Source: Candidatus Latescibacterota bacterium (lineage in GTDB: Bacteria; Latescibacterota; UBA2968; UBA8231). Taken from it: 48,145 bases of DNA. The notes below the pieces were generated by a model, which was not told the origin of the DNA, ran no database searches, and saw only the letters and a program-made list of their open reading frames with translations. The DNA lies in the NCBI GenBank assembly GCA_965205655.1, contig CBDBIJ010000034.1, forward strand, positions 1 through 48,145, given 5' to 3'. The translations under genes and the position numbers were made by a program. This document shows positions 39,804 to 48,145 of this stretch, one piece after another (position 1 is the first letter of the stretch; each line of letters opens with the position of its first letter).

Positions 39804-39982
39804 CCTCCCACCACCTCCCTCTCTGGGTTTCGGCGCGGCATTGCCGCTGAGAGACCTCGCTCCCTTTCCAGCTCTTGAGAGGGCAACGTCCTCAACTGAT
39901 ATGCGCTACGACTCCGCGGTGGAGCGGTCGGCTCAAAACGGATGTCGGCCGGCTCTAAATACGGGTCGGGAAGTCGCCGGGA

Positions 39983-41161
39983 ATGATCATGTCGGCATCT
40001 CAACGGCCAGGTCGCCAGGTATTGCTCCTCGCTCTGTTTCTCGTGGGCGTGGGGGTCGTCATGGTCTACAGCTCGAGCTCAGTGCTCGCCCGTGCCCGCT
40101 TTGCCGACAGCGCCTTTTTTCTCGAGAGACAGCTGGTTCGCGCCCTTTTCGGCATCGCCATCATGTTTGCCATGTCGCGTGTTCCACTCAGGTGGTTGCA
40201 GTACGCCGCCAGGCCGATGTTTATCGCCAGCGTCTGCTTTCTCGTTCTCGTCCTCATCATGGGCGAGGGGCGCAGCGCCGGCCGGTGGTTGCCGTTTCCA
40301 GTACCGTCGACGATGTCGAATCTCTGGTTCCAGCCTTCCGAATTTGCCAAGCTGGCGCTCGTCCTCTACCTGGCGGATGTCATGGTACGGCATCGGGATC
40401 GCATGATGGAGTGGTGGAATGGAGTCGTTCCGCGGTTGCTCGTCATCGGCGCGGTTCAGCTGCTCATCGTCCTGCAACCAGATCTGGGCACAGCCGTCGC
40501 CGTCGGTCTTATCTCACTGGCAATGTTGTGGCTCGGAGGTGTGGGGTCGCTGCACCTCGCGGCTGTGGTGCTGGTGGCGATCCCGGTGGCAGCCCTGTCG
40601 GTCTACTCCACGCCGTATCAGCTCGAGCGAGTGTCGAGCTTTCTGCAGGGAGCGGACCCTCTGGGAGCGGGGTTCCAGGTTACCCAGTCCCTCCTGGCCC
40701 TGGGAAGCGGTGGTGTCTTCGGGCTCGGTCTTGGCAACAGCCTGCAGAAGTATTTCCTGCCCGAACCCCACACCGATTTCGTTTTCGCACTCATTGGAGA
40801 GGAGCTCGGACTCGCCGGATCGCTGAGCATAATCGGTCTCTTCGCATCCTTCGGAATTCACGGCTACCGCATCGCCCGAAAGGCCGACACTCCCTTCGGG
40901 TTTCTGGTGGCCGCCGGCATGACGGTGATGGTCTCCACCTACGCCCTGCTGAACATCGGCGTCGTCACCGGTCTGTTCCCCACGACTGGATTGCCGCTGC
41001 CGTTCCTGAGTTACGGAGGATCGTCGCTGTTTTGGAATCTGTGTGGAGTGGGAATTCTGGCCGGCGTGGCACGGACAGGCCAAAAGGCAGCCGAAAAACA
41101 AGCGCGGGGGGAAGGCGCTGTAGGGCTCGGCCGGCCGCGATACCGGGTGAGCGCCGCGTGA
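39983..41161 (+). CDS. ftsW: SEDS peptidoglycan polymerase FtsW
   Basis: MVYSSS, FQPSEFAK, QPDLGT, LPEPHTDF, PFLSYGGS. Confidence 0.96.
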   Translation: MIMSASQRPGRQVLLLALFLVGVGVVMVYSSSSVLARARFADSAFFLERQLVRALFGIAIMFAMSRVPLRWLQYAARPMFIASVCFLVLVLIMGEGRSAGRWLPFPVPSTMSNLWFQPSEFAKLALVLYLADVMVRHRDRMMEWWNGVVPRLLVIGAVQLLIVLQPDLGTAVAVGLISLAMLWLGGVGSLHLAAVVLVAIPVAALSVYSTPYQLERVSSFLQGADPLGAGFQVTQSLLALGSGGVFGLGLGNSLQKYFLPEPHTDFVFALIGEELGLAGSLSIIGLFASFGIHGYRIARKADTPFGFLVAAGMTVMVSTYALLNIGVVTGLFPTTGLPLPFLSYGGSSLFWNLCGVGILAGVARTGQKAAEKQARGEGAVGLGRPRYRVSAA

Positions 41162-42546
41162 TCGAAGGAAGCGGGGTCTTCGACGACGGAGACCGCATCC
41201 ACCTAGTGGGTATCGGCGGTGTGGGAATGGAGGCCCTGGGGCGATACCTCCACGCTCTCGGTGGCTGCGTGAGTGGCTCGGATATAGAGGCCTCTGACGC
41301 GCTCGACAAATTGAGAAGTGACGGCATTTCGGCGCATGTCGGCCACGAGTCACAGCACGTAGAGGGAGCAGACATCGTGGTGCATTCAGCGGCCGTGCCG
41401 CCGGACAATGTGGAGCTGGAAGCCGCGCGCTGCTCAGGGGTGCCAGTGGTGTCCCGCGCCCGCTTTCTCGCACGGACGACGCGGGGGCACCGCTGCGTCG
41501 CCGTCGCCGGTACCCACGGGAAGACGACGACGGCGAGTATGTTGGCGGCCGTTCTGGACGAAGCCGGATTGGAGCCGTCCGTCATCATCGGCGGCTGGGT
41601 CGATGGGAGAGCTCAGGCCGCCGCCGGATCGGGAGATCTGTTTGTCGTGGAAGCGGACGAGTTCGACCGCAGTTTTCTGCACCTGCAGCCACAACTGGCG
41701 CTGGTAACGAACGTTGAAGCGGAACACGTCGGTGAGGGGGGAAGCTATCGAGACCTGGACGAGCTCCTGCAGGCCTTTTCCGATTTTCTTCACCGGTTGC
41801 CGTCGGATGGGTTGGCCGTCGTCAACGGCGACGATGCCGGCACGCGGCGGATCTCCCCGCTGCTGGAGCGACCGACGACGACATTCGGGCTCTCTCCGGC
41901 CAGCGATGTCGAGGTCGCTCAGATCGAGCTGCGGGAGCGCGGCAGCAGCTGCCAGTTGCGCCTGGATGCCTCCACCGTCGGGCAGCTGGAGCTGGCGGTT
42001 CCAGGGGTTCACAACGTCATCAACGCCGCTGCGGCGGCGGCGGCGGCGCACGGTCTCGAGGTTCCCTTTGAGGCAATCCGCAGCGGGCTGGCCGGGTTTC
42101 GCGGCGTCGACCGAAGGTTCCAGATCGTGGGGGAAGTGAGCGGCATGCTGGTGATCGACGACTACGCGCACCATCCGACCGAGGTCACGGCGACGCTGGC
42201 GACGGCGCGACGGTGGGGACGCCGAGTCGTAGCGGTGTTCCAGCCCCACCTCTATTCGCGCACCCGGCTTCACGCAGCGAGGTTTGGCGCGGCGCTCACC
42301 GCGGCCGACGCCGTGTTGCTGGCCCCGGTGTACGGGTCTCGGGAGGAACCGGAGCCCGGCGTCGACTCGGGACTCATCGCCGACGCCATGAGAAGGCAGG
42401 GCTTCGACGATGTGGAGTGCGTGTCGACGATGGAGGAGGTGCCGCGGCGTCTCGCCGACACGGCCTTGGCGGGCGATCTGATCATCACACTTGGAGCCGG
42501 AGACATCGGGGAGGTCGCGCATGCATTCGTCGCGAACCTCAACTGA
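41158..42546 (+). CDS. murC: UDP-MurNAc-L-alanine ligase
   Basis: GIGGVGM, GTHGKTTT, EADE, DDYAHHP, FQPH; GTGA overlap with ftsW. Confidence 0.96.
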   Translation: MIEGSGVFDDGDRIHLVGIGGVGMEALGRYLHALGGCVSGSDIEASDALDKLRSDGISAHVGHESQHVEGADIVVHSAAVPPDNVELEAARCSGVPVVSRARFLARTTRGHRCVAVAGTHGKTTTASMLAAVLDEAGLEPSVIIGGWVDGRAQAAAGSGDLFVVEADEFDRSFLHLQPQLALVTNVEAEHVGEGGSYRDLDELLQAFSDFLHRLPSDGLAVVNGDDAGTRRISPLLERPTTTFGLSPASDVEVAQIELRERGSSCQLRLDASTVGQLELAVPGVHNVINAAAAAAAAHGLEVPFEAIRSGLAGFRGVDRRFQIVGEVSGMLVIDDYAHHPTEVTATLATARRWGRRVVAVFQPHLYSRTRLHAARFGAALTAADAVLLAPVYGSREEPEPGVDSGLIADAMRRQGFDDVECVSTMEEVPRRLADTALAGDLIITLGAGDIGEVAHAFVANLN

Positions 42547-43381
42547 CTCGAAGCGGTCGGGGCGCCGCCGCGCGGTATTGCGCAGGCTGGTGCTGCTGCT
42601 GATCGGTGTCGCCGGAGCAGGCGCGGCGGTGGCGGCCGTTCCGGAGGCGAAGAAAAGGCTGAAGCAATCAGATGACTTCAGACTTGCCGCGCTGGAGCTT
42701 CGGGGTCTGCGGTTGCTGAAGGGCGACGAGATTCTGCGGGCCAGCGGGCTCGCCGTGGGGGACAACATTTTTGCCGTTGATTTGGATAAGATCGCGGCGC
42801 GGCTCGACAGTCTCGCCTGGGTCAAGTCCGCGACCGTTCAGAGAAAGCCACCGGACAGGCTCGCGATTGCCATTGTCGAGCGCAGGCGGCTCGCCTGGGT
42901 CGCCGACGGAAGCCGCTCCTACTGTGTAGATGACACCGGCGTTCAATTGCCCAGTCAGCCCTTGCCGGGAGAAGCAGTAGCAGACCTGAACCTTCCGGTA
43001 ATACGGGCAAGCGCACGGAGCTCTCGCTCCGATGGAGATCATCATGTCGCAGCCGAGTCAGTCTCAGACTCCAGCGTCGTGCAGATGATCGAATGGCTCG
43101 TGGCCGCCTCGGCGGCGGACAGCGCTTTCTGCAGGAATATCTCGGAGATGCGGTCGCTCGACGAAAACAGCGTGCGACTCGGTCTCGTCGGAGACGGCCT
43201 GGAAGTTCGCTTGCCCATCAGCCCCGTAGCGGAGCGGCTGCCGCTCATCAAGCAGGTGCTCGAGAGAGTCTACCGTGAGTTTGACGGACCCGGTTATGTC
43301 GACCTGCGCTTTGCTGACCAGGTCGTCGTCGGACCCACAGATGCGCCGCGATCGAGGCAACAGAAGGTAGGGCGGAGATGA
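42521..43381 (+). CDS. ftsQ: Cell division protein FtsQ/DivIB
   Basis: TM plus POTRA (WVKSATVQRKPP..IVER), VDLRF. Confidence 0.9.
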   Translation: MHSSRTSTDSKRSGRRRAVLRRLVLLLIGVAGAGAAVAAVPEAKKRLKQSDDFRLAALELRGLRLLKGDEILRASGLAVGDNIFAVDLDKIAARLDSLAWVKSATVQRKPPDRLAIAIVERRRLAWVADGSRSYCVDDTGVQLPSQPLPGEAVADLNLPVIRASARSSRSDGDHHVAAESVSDSSVVQMIEWLVAASAADSAFCRNISEMRSLDENSVRLGLVGDGLEVRLPISPVAERLPLIKQVLERVYREFDGPGYVDLRFADQVVVGPTDAPRSRQQKVGRR

Positions 43382-44625
43382 TGCCCAATCGCGACATCGT
43401 CGTCGGCCTCGACCTGGGGACGACGAAAATCTGTGCCGTCATCGCCGAGCGAACCGACGAGGGGCCGCTCCACGTAATCGGCATCGGGAACAGCCCCTCA
43501 GACGGGCTTCGTCGCGGTGTGGTGGTCGACGTCGAGAAGACAGTTCAGTCGTTGACTGCGGCTGTGAGAGAGGCCGAGTTGATGGCAGGAGTGCAGGTCG
43601 AGGGCGTTCACGCCGGCATCGCCGGTGAGCATATCAGCAGTCTGGACAGCGACGGCGCCATCGCTGTGAGCGGCCGAGAGGTTACCTCCATGGACCGCGA
43701 GCGGACGATCGCGGCTGCGAGAACGGTGGCGATTCCATTCGACCGAGAGGTTCTGCACGTCCTGCCACAGGAGTTCAGCGTCGACGATCAAGGGGGCATC
43801 AGGAATCCGGTGGGGATGTTCGGTGTGCGGTTGGGGACGACCGTTCACATCGTCACCGGCGCCGTCACCTCGGTGCAGAACATCTGCAAGAGCGTCCAGC
43901 GCGCCGATATCGAGGTGAGGGACATCGTCCTCGAACCCTTGGCCTCCAGTCGCGCTGTGCTGGACGACGACGAGAAGGAGATGGGCGTGTGCGTCGTCGA
44001 CATCGGTGGCGGCACCACTGATATGGCTCTGTTCGCCGAGGGAAGTGTCCGCAAGACAGCCGTCATTGCCGTGGGCGGGCAGAACGTGACGAGCGATGTC
44101 GCCATCTGCCTGCGCACGGCCTGGTCACACGCGGAAAAACTGAAATGCAGCTTCGGTGCGGCTCTCGAGGAGGAGGTAGGCGAAGATGAAATGGTCGAGG
44201 TGCCGGGGATTTCGGGCAGAGAGGCCGAGTCCATCCCGCGTTCGCGATTGGCCGCCATCATAGAGGCCCGCATGGAGGAGATCTTTTCGATGGTGCGCCG
44301 GGAAATCCGCCGCAGCAGGTTCGCCGATCAGCTCCGTGCCGGCATCGCGCTGACCGGTGGCGGGGCGATGATCCCCGGTGCGACCGAACTGGCCGAGCAG
44401 GTGTTCGAGTTGCCGGTGAGGCTGGGACAGCCGCGGGGATTCGGCGGGCTCGGAGACCAAGTGACGAGTCCGGTCTTTTCGACTGCCATGGGTCTGGTGC
44501 TGCTGGCCACGGAACAGGCGGATGCTGGGCAGTTCCGAGCCCGTCATCGAATGCGGGCGCTCAGCGATGGCCGCTTCGAGGCGGTCGCCGGGCGCATGCG
44601 AGAATGGTTCGAGACGCTCCTGTGA
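43378..44625 (+). CDS. ftsA: Cell division protein FtsA
   Basis: GLDLGTTK, DIGGGTTD, LTGGGA. Confidence 0.97.
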   Translation: MMPNRDIVVGLDLGTTKICAVIAERTDEGPLHVIGIGNSPSDGLRRGVVVDVEKTVQSLTAAVREAELMAGVQVEGVHAGIAGEHISSLDSDGAIAVSGREVTSMDRERTIAAARTVAIPFDREVLHVLPQEFSVDDQGGIRNPVGMFGVRLGTTVHIVTGAVTSVQNICKSVQRADIEVRDIVLEPLASSRAVLDDDEKEMGVCVVDIGGGTTDMALFAEGSVRKTAVIAVGGQNVTSDVAICLRTAWSHAEKLKCSFGAALEEEVGEDEMVEVPGISGREAESIPRSRLAAIIEARMEEIFSMVRREIRRSRFADQLRAGIALTGGGAMIPGATELAEQVFELPVRLGQPRGFGGLGDQVTSPVFSTAMGLVLLATEQADAGQFRARHRMRALSDGRFEAVAGRMREWFETLL

Positions 44626-44660
44626 AAACGACTCAGAAAACCCAAAAGGGGAGGTAAACG

Positions 44661-45824
44661 ATGCCCTTCAAGATCATCGACTTCGAGCAGCAGGCGAACA
44701 TCAAGGTTGTCGGCATAGGGGGAGCCGGGGGAAACGCCATCAACCGCATGGTGGCCTCGGGAATGCACGGCGTCGAGTTCATCGCCGTGAATACGGACGG
44801 CCAGGATCTGGAAATCTCCTCCGCCGATGCGTGTATCTGTATCGGCGAGAGCGTCACCCGGGGTCTGGGCGCCGGCGCCAAGCCGGAGTTGGGCCGCCAG
44901 GCCATCGAGGAGGACCGCGACAAAGTGGCCGAACAGCTCGCCAACGCCGATCTCGTCTTCATAACCGCCGGTATGGGCGGAGGCACCGGTACGGGCGCAG
45001 CCCCCGTCGTCGCCGAGCTGGCGAAAGATCAGGGCTCGGTTACCGTGGGTATCGTGACCGAGCCCTTTCAGTTCGAGGGCTTCCCGCGAATGCGGAACGC
45101 GCTGACGGGAATCGCGGAGCTTCAGGATTACGTGGATACCCTCATCGTCATCAAGAATCAGCGGCTGCTGTCGATCTGTTCGCGTGACACGACACTGGAA
45201 GAGGCGTTCGCCAAGGCGGATGAGGTGTTGCTCCAGGCGACGCGGGGAATCGCCGACCTCATCACGGTTCCGGGCATGATCAACCTCGACTTCAACGACG
45301 TGAGAACGGTCATTTCAGAAGGCGGAGATGCCATGATCGGCGTCGGTGCGCACCGGGGAGAGGGGCGCGCGCTCGAAGCGGCCAAGAAGGCGATCAAGAG
45401 CCCGCTGCTGGAAGACGTCTCCATCGACGGCGCCAAGGGAGCGCTCATCAACATCACCGCGGGGTCCAACCTGACCCTTTTAGAGGCGAATGAGGCCGCC
45501 TCCGTCATTCAGGAAGCAGCGGGAGACGAGGCGAACATTATCTTCGGCACCGTCATCGACGAATCTCTCGTGGACGAGATTCGAGTGACGGTGATCGCAA
45601 CCGGATTCTACCTCAACAAAGAAGGTCGATTCGAGCCTACAAACGACGAGAGCATAGCCTCCACGACGAAACGACGTTTCGCCAGGGGCAAGCCTTCTCG
45701 CTCGCCGGCCGCCGCCACCCGGGAGGAAGAGGGGGTGCTTGTCGCGGACGAGCAGGCGAAAGGATCCTCTCCCTGGCGCGATGACATGGACTATCCGGCG
45801 ATCCTTCGAAAGAGAATGGTCTGA
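44661..45824 (+). CDS. ftsZ: Cell division protein FtsZ
   Basis: GGAGGNA, GMGGGTGTG, INLDFND, C-terminal PAILRK. Confidence 0.98.
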   Translation: MPFKIIDFEQQANIKVVGIGGAGGNAINRMVASGMHGVEFIAVNTDGQDLEISSADACICIGESVTRGLGAGAKPELGRQAIEEDRDKVAEQLANADLVFITAGMGGGTGTGAAPVVAELAKDQGSVTVGIVTEPFQFEGFPRMRNALTGIAELQDYVDTLIVIKNQRLLSICSRDTTLEEAFAKADEVLLQATRGIADLITVPGMINLDFNDVRTVISEGGDAMIGVGAHRGEGRALEAAKKAIKSPLLEDVSIDGAKGALINITAGSNLTLLEANEAASVIQEAAGDEANIIFGTVIDESLVDEIRVTVIATGFYLNKEGRFEPTNDESIASTTKRRFARGKPSRSPAAATREEEGVLVADEQAKGSSPWRDDMDYPAILRKRMV

Positions 45825-46061
45825 CGGCTCCTCGCCGCGGTTCGTCCGCCGCGGTGGCGCTACCAGTAAGCTGCGTCTCTGCCGACGTGCCTCCGTGAAC
45901 GGTCGGTGCTGCTTTCCGTGGTTGCAGCGTGGGCACTTGTAGGGCATATTTGTCTATAACTGGTTGTTCCGGTATGGGTTAGGGGCGGCTTACACAGGTC
46001 GTCCACGGTGCCGGCGGCTGTCTCAGTCGGCGCCGAAGTTTCAGTGACGGGGGACGTTAAG

Positions 46062-46517
46062 ATGGCCGCGGTTCGTGTGGGGATCATCATGGGCAGCTCG
46101 TCGGACGAGGCGGTGATGAAGAAGGCCGGCGAGGTTCTCGACGAACTAGGAATCGGCTACGAGATGGTCGTCTGTTCGGCGCACAGGAATCCCGAACGGA
46201 CGGCGGCATACGCGCGCGATGCGGCGGGCCGCGGCTTGCAGGCGATCATCGCCGGGGCGGGCCTGGCTGCCGCCCTGCCGGGCGTTTTGGCAGCTCATAC
46301 CATTCTTCCAATCATCGGTGTGCCCATTGCCTCGGGCGCGCTCAACGGCATCGATTCCCTCTACAGCATCGTGCAGATGCCCCCGGGCATCCCCGTGGCT
46401 ACGGTGGGAGTCGACAACGCCAGAAACGCGGCGATGCTGGCAGCAGAGATACTGGCTCTGACCGACAACAGCGTCGCTGACGCCATCCGCACCTATCGGG
46501 AGAAGTGGAGCAAGTGA
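46062..46517 (+). CDS. purE: N5-CAIR mutase
   Basis: [26 protein letters not shown]. Confidence 0.96.
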   Translation: MAAVRVGIIMGSSSDEAVMKKAGEVLDELGIGYEMVVCSAHRNPERTAAYARDAAGRGLQAIIAGAGLAAALPGVLAAHTILPIIGVPIASGALNGIDSLYSIVQMPPGIPVATVGVDNARNAAMLAAEILALTDNSVADAIRTYREKWSK

Positions 46518-47341
46518 GAGAGACCGCGGCCGATCACAGACGACTATCGAAACTCCTGTCACTTATCCTGCGCCATCGCCCCGACGAGTTCGGCCTCAAC
46601 ATGGACGACTACGGGTTCGTACCGATGGCCGATCTCGCGGAGGCGGTGCAGGAGCGCTACAAGGAGGTGACGGAGGACGACATCCGCGCCGTCGTCGACG
46701 AGTCGAGGCAGCGGCGCTTCGAGATCACCGAGCAGGGGATGAGGGCGCTCTACGGCCACAGCTTCTTCGTCGAAATGGACGGTGAGCCGATCGATCCACC
46801 CGAGAAGCTCTACATGGGATCGACCGCGGTCGCAGCGAGAATCATGAAGGCGGAAGGCGCGCGCCCCATCGATCGCTTCTATCTGCATCTTTCTCTGACA
46901 AGGGAGGTCGCCGAGTCCCGAAGCCACCAGGTGGGCACGCCGTGCGTCGTGGAGGTTCTCGCCAACAAAGCTGGCGAAGAGGAAGGGATCGAGTTTTACG
47001 CCAGGGGAGAGGTCGTGCTCAGCAAGGAGATACCGGCCAGCTGTATCGGCGACATTTCGGGATTGGAGCAGGCCGATAGCGGGACCGAGGACAGAGCGGA
47101 CAGAGGATATCGGCCCGGGAGGCAAAGCAGGAGGGGCGGCCAAAGCGGCGGCGGCCGGCACAGTAGCAATCGCACGGATTCCTCCAGCCGCAGCCGTCCT
47201 GCTGATCCCGAGCGTTCATCCTCGAGCTCCGATAGCCCCTCTGAGTCCGATCGGCCTCCGAGCTCGGATCGCCCTGAGAACGATTCGCCCACGACGTTCG
47301 GGCGCAAGCCCCGCAGAAACACCGGATACGGGAGAAGGTGA
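46514..47341 (+). CDS. kptA: RNA 2'-phosphotransferase (Tpt1/KptA) with low-complexity tail
   Basis: [28 protein letters not shown] overlap with purE. Confidence 0.85.
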   Translation: MRETAADHRRLSKLLSLILRHRPDEFGLNMDDYGFVPMADLAEAVQERYKEVTEDDIRAVVDESRQRRFEITEQGMRALYGHSFFVEMDGEPIDPPEKLYMGSTAVAARIMKAEGARPIDRFYLHLSLTREVAESRSHQVGTPCVVEVLANKAGEEEGIEFYARGEVVLSKEIPASCIGDISGLEQADSGTEDRADRGYRPGRQSRRGGQSGGGRHSSNRTDSSSRSRPADPERSSSSSDSPSESDRPPSSDRPENDSPTTFGRKPRRNTGYGRR

Positions 47342-47391
47342 TGGCGCAGGGCGTCGCCCCATACGCCCACTCCCGATTGTAGCCTCCTGAC

Positions 47392-48145
47392 ATGGCCCAG
47401 TACGAAGTCACCCTCAGAGATTACTGGCGCATCCTGCGTCGGCGCAAAGGGATTGTACTGTTCACGGCTTTCCTTCTCGGGCTTTTCAGTTTCGTTCTCT
47501 CTTCCATCTGGCAGCCTGTGCCCATCTTCAAGGCAACGGCCAAGCTTCAGATCAACAGCACTCAAAGCAGCGGCCCCGCGAGCTACTTTCAGGTCTCTTC
47601 TGATGACGACGTCGAAACACAGATGGCAATCATCAAGAGCTTCAGGGTCATGGAGCGAGTGGGAAAGGAGCTCGGGTTTCTCGAGTTCGCGACGACTGCT
47701 GAAGAGACAGCGCGGGTCGTCCTCAGTCTCCCCGAGCGAGTCGAGACTCGCCAGGAGGGCTATACGAACATCATCATCATCGAGGCCACTGATCCAGCCC
47801 CTACGATGGCGCGCGACCTGACCAACACAACGGCGGAGACGTTCCGTGATTACGATCATGAGCTCAAGAACCAACAGAGTGTGAAGCATCGCAAGTTTGT
47901 AGAGGGACAACTTCACGAGGCCCGTGAGAAGCTGCGGGAAGCGGAAGAAGCGGTACGGGCCTACAGAGAGAAGACCGAGCTGATTTCCCTGCAGGCTCAG
48001 ACGAGTGTAACCCTCCAGGGGATCACATCTACTGAGCGACTCGTTCAGCGGCTCGAGGGAGATCTGCGCGGCATCGATGCCATGTTGGACGAAATGAAGA
48101 CGGATCGGGCGCTCTCAGAAGAGTTCTTGCAGGGCGCCTCGAGAG
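47392..48145 (+). CDS. Wzz/Wzc (GumC-like) polysaccharide co-polymerase, runs off the right edge
   Basis: MAQYEVTLRDYWRILRRRKG, TM, ETQMAIIKS, coiled coil; frame open to the end. Confidence 0.85.
   Translation, partial: MAQYEVTLRDYWRILRRRKGIVLFTAFLLGLFSFVLSSIWQPVPIFKATAKLQINSTQSSGPASYFQVSSDDDVETQMAIIKSFRVMERVGKELGFLEFATTAEETARVVLSLPERVETRQEGYTNIIIIEATDPAPTMARDLTNTTAETFRDYDHELKNQQSVKHRKFVEGQLHEAREKLREAEEAVRAYREKTELISLQAQTSVTLQGITSTERLVQRLEGDLRGIDAMLDEMKTDRALSEEFLQGASR

Noticed and set aside
39841..41157. Apparent 901-aa MurC with a long N-terminal extension
   Set aside because: The extension is an alternative frame over ftsW; MurC starts at GTG 41158
46996..47916. 306-aa minus-strand ORF
   Set aside because: Shadow of kptA and the Wzz/Wzc-like gene

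Overview
GC-rich bacterial chromosomal window with three parts. (1) Bases 1-13061 are the right-hand part of a decaying phage-satellite/PICI-like element integrated at the 3' end of a tRNA-Ala(TGC). Its backbone has a P4-type integrase, alpA, a DUF3102 protein, a capsid fragment, terS, an RHH regulator, a TopoVI-A-like TOPRIM/ParB-like protein and a primase stub. It also carries a near-canonical loxP-like 34-bp site (7533-7566) in front of a deleted Cre-like recombinase, and a second TerS-like remnant with the same C-terminal tail as the first. Its cargo is a coupled four-gene operon, TPR-PRTase / DprA / HAD / (EVE-like)-PRTase, that looks like an expanded relative of ShosTA/DprA-PRTase anti-phage systems. 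(2) About 13.5-28.4 kb is heavily frameshifted: thiolase, ssb, an N6-MTase-specificity fusion, two nested IS256-family elements, a YyaL-like thioredoxin protein, a cNMP protein, PqqD plus nucleotidyltransferase plus Wza-like export, cysK and a secreted metzincin/beta-propeller/FlgD-Ig protein. (3) About 29-48 kb is nearly clean housekeeping DNA: merR-iscA-iscS, moeB, trmB, a dcw cluster lacking mraY/murD/murG/murB/ddl, purE, a Tpt1/KptA protein and a partial Wzz/Wzc-like gene. Many single-base frameshifts may be sequencing or assembly errors. All family assignments are by eye from motifs; no searches were run.
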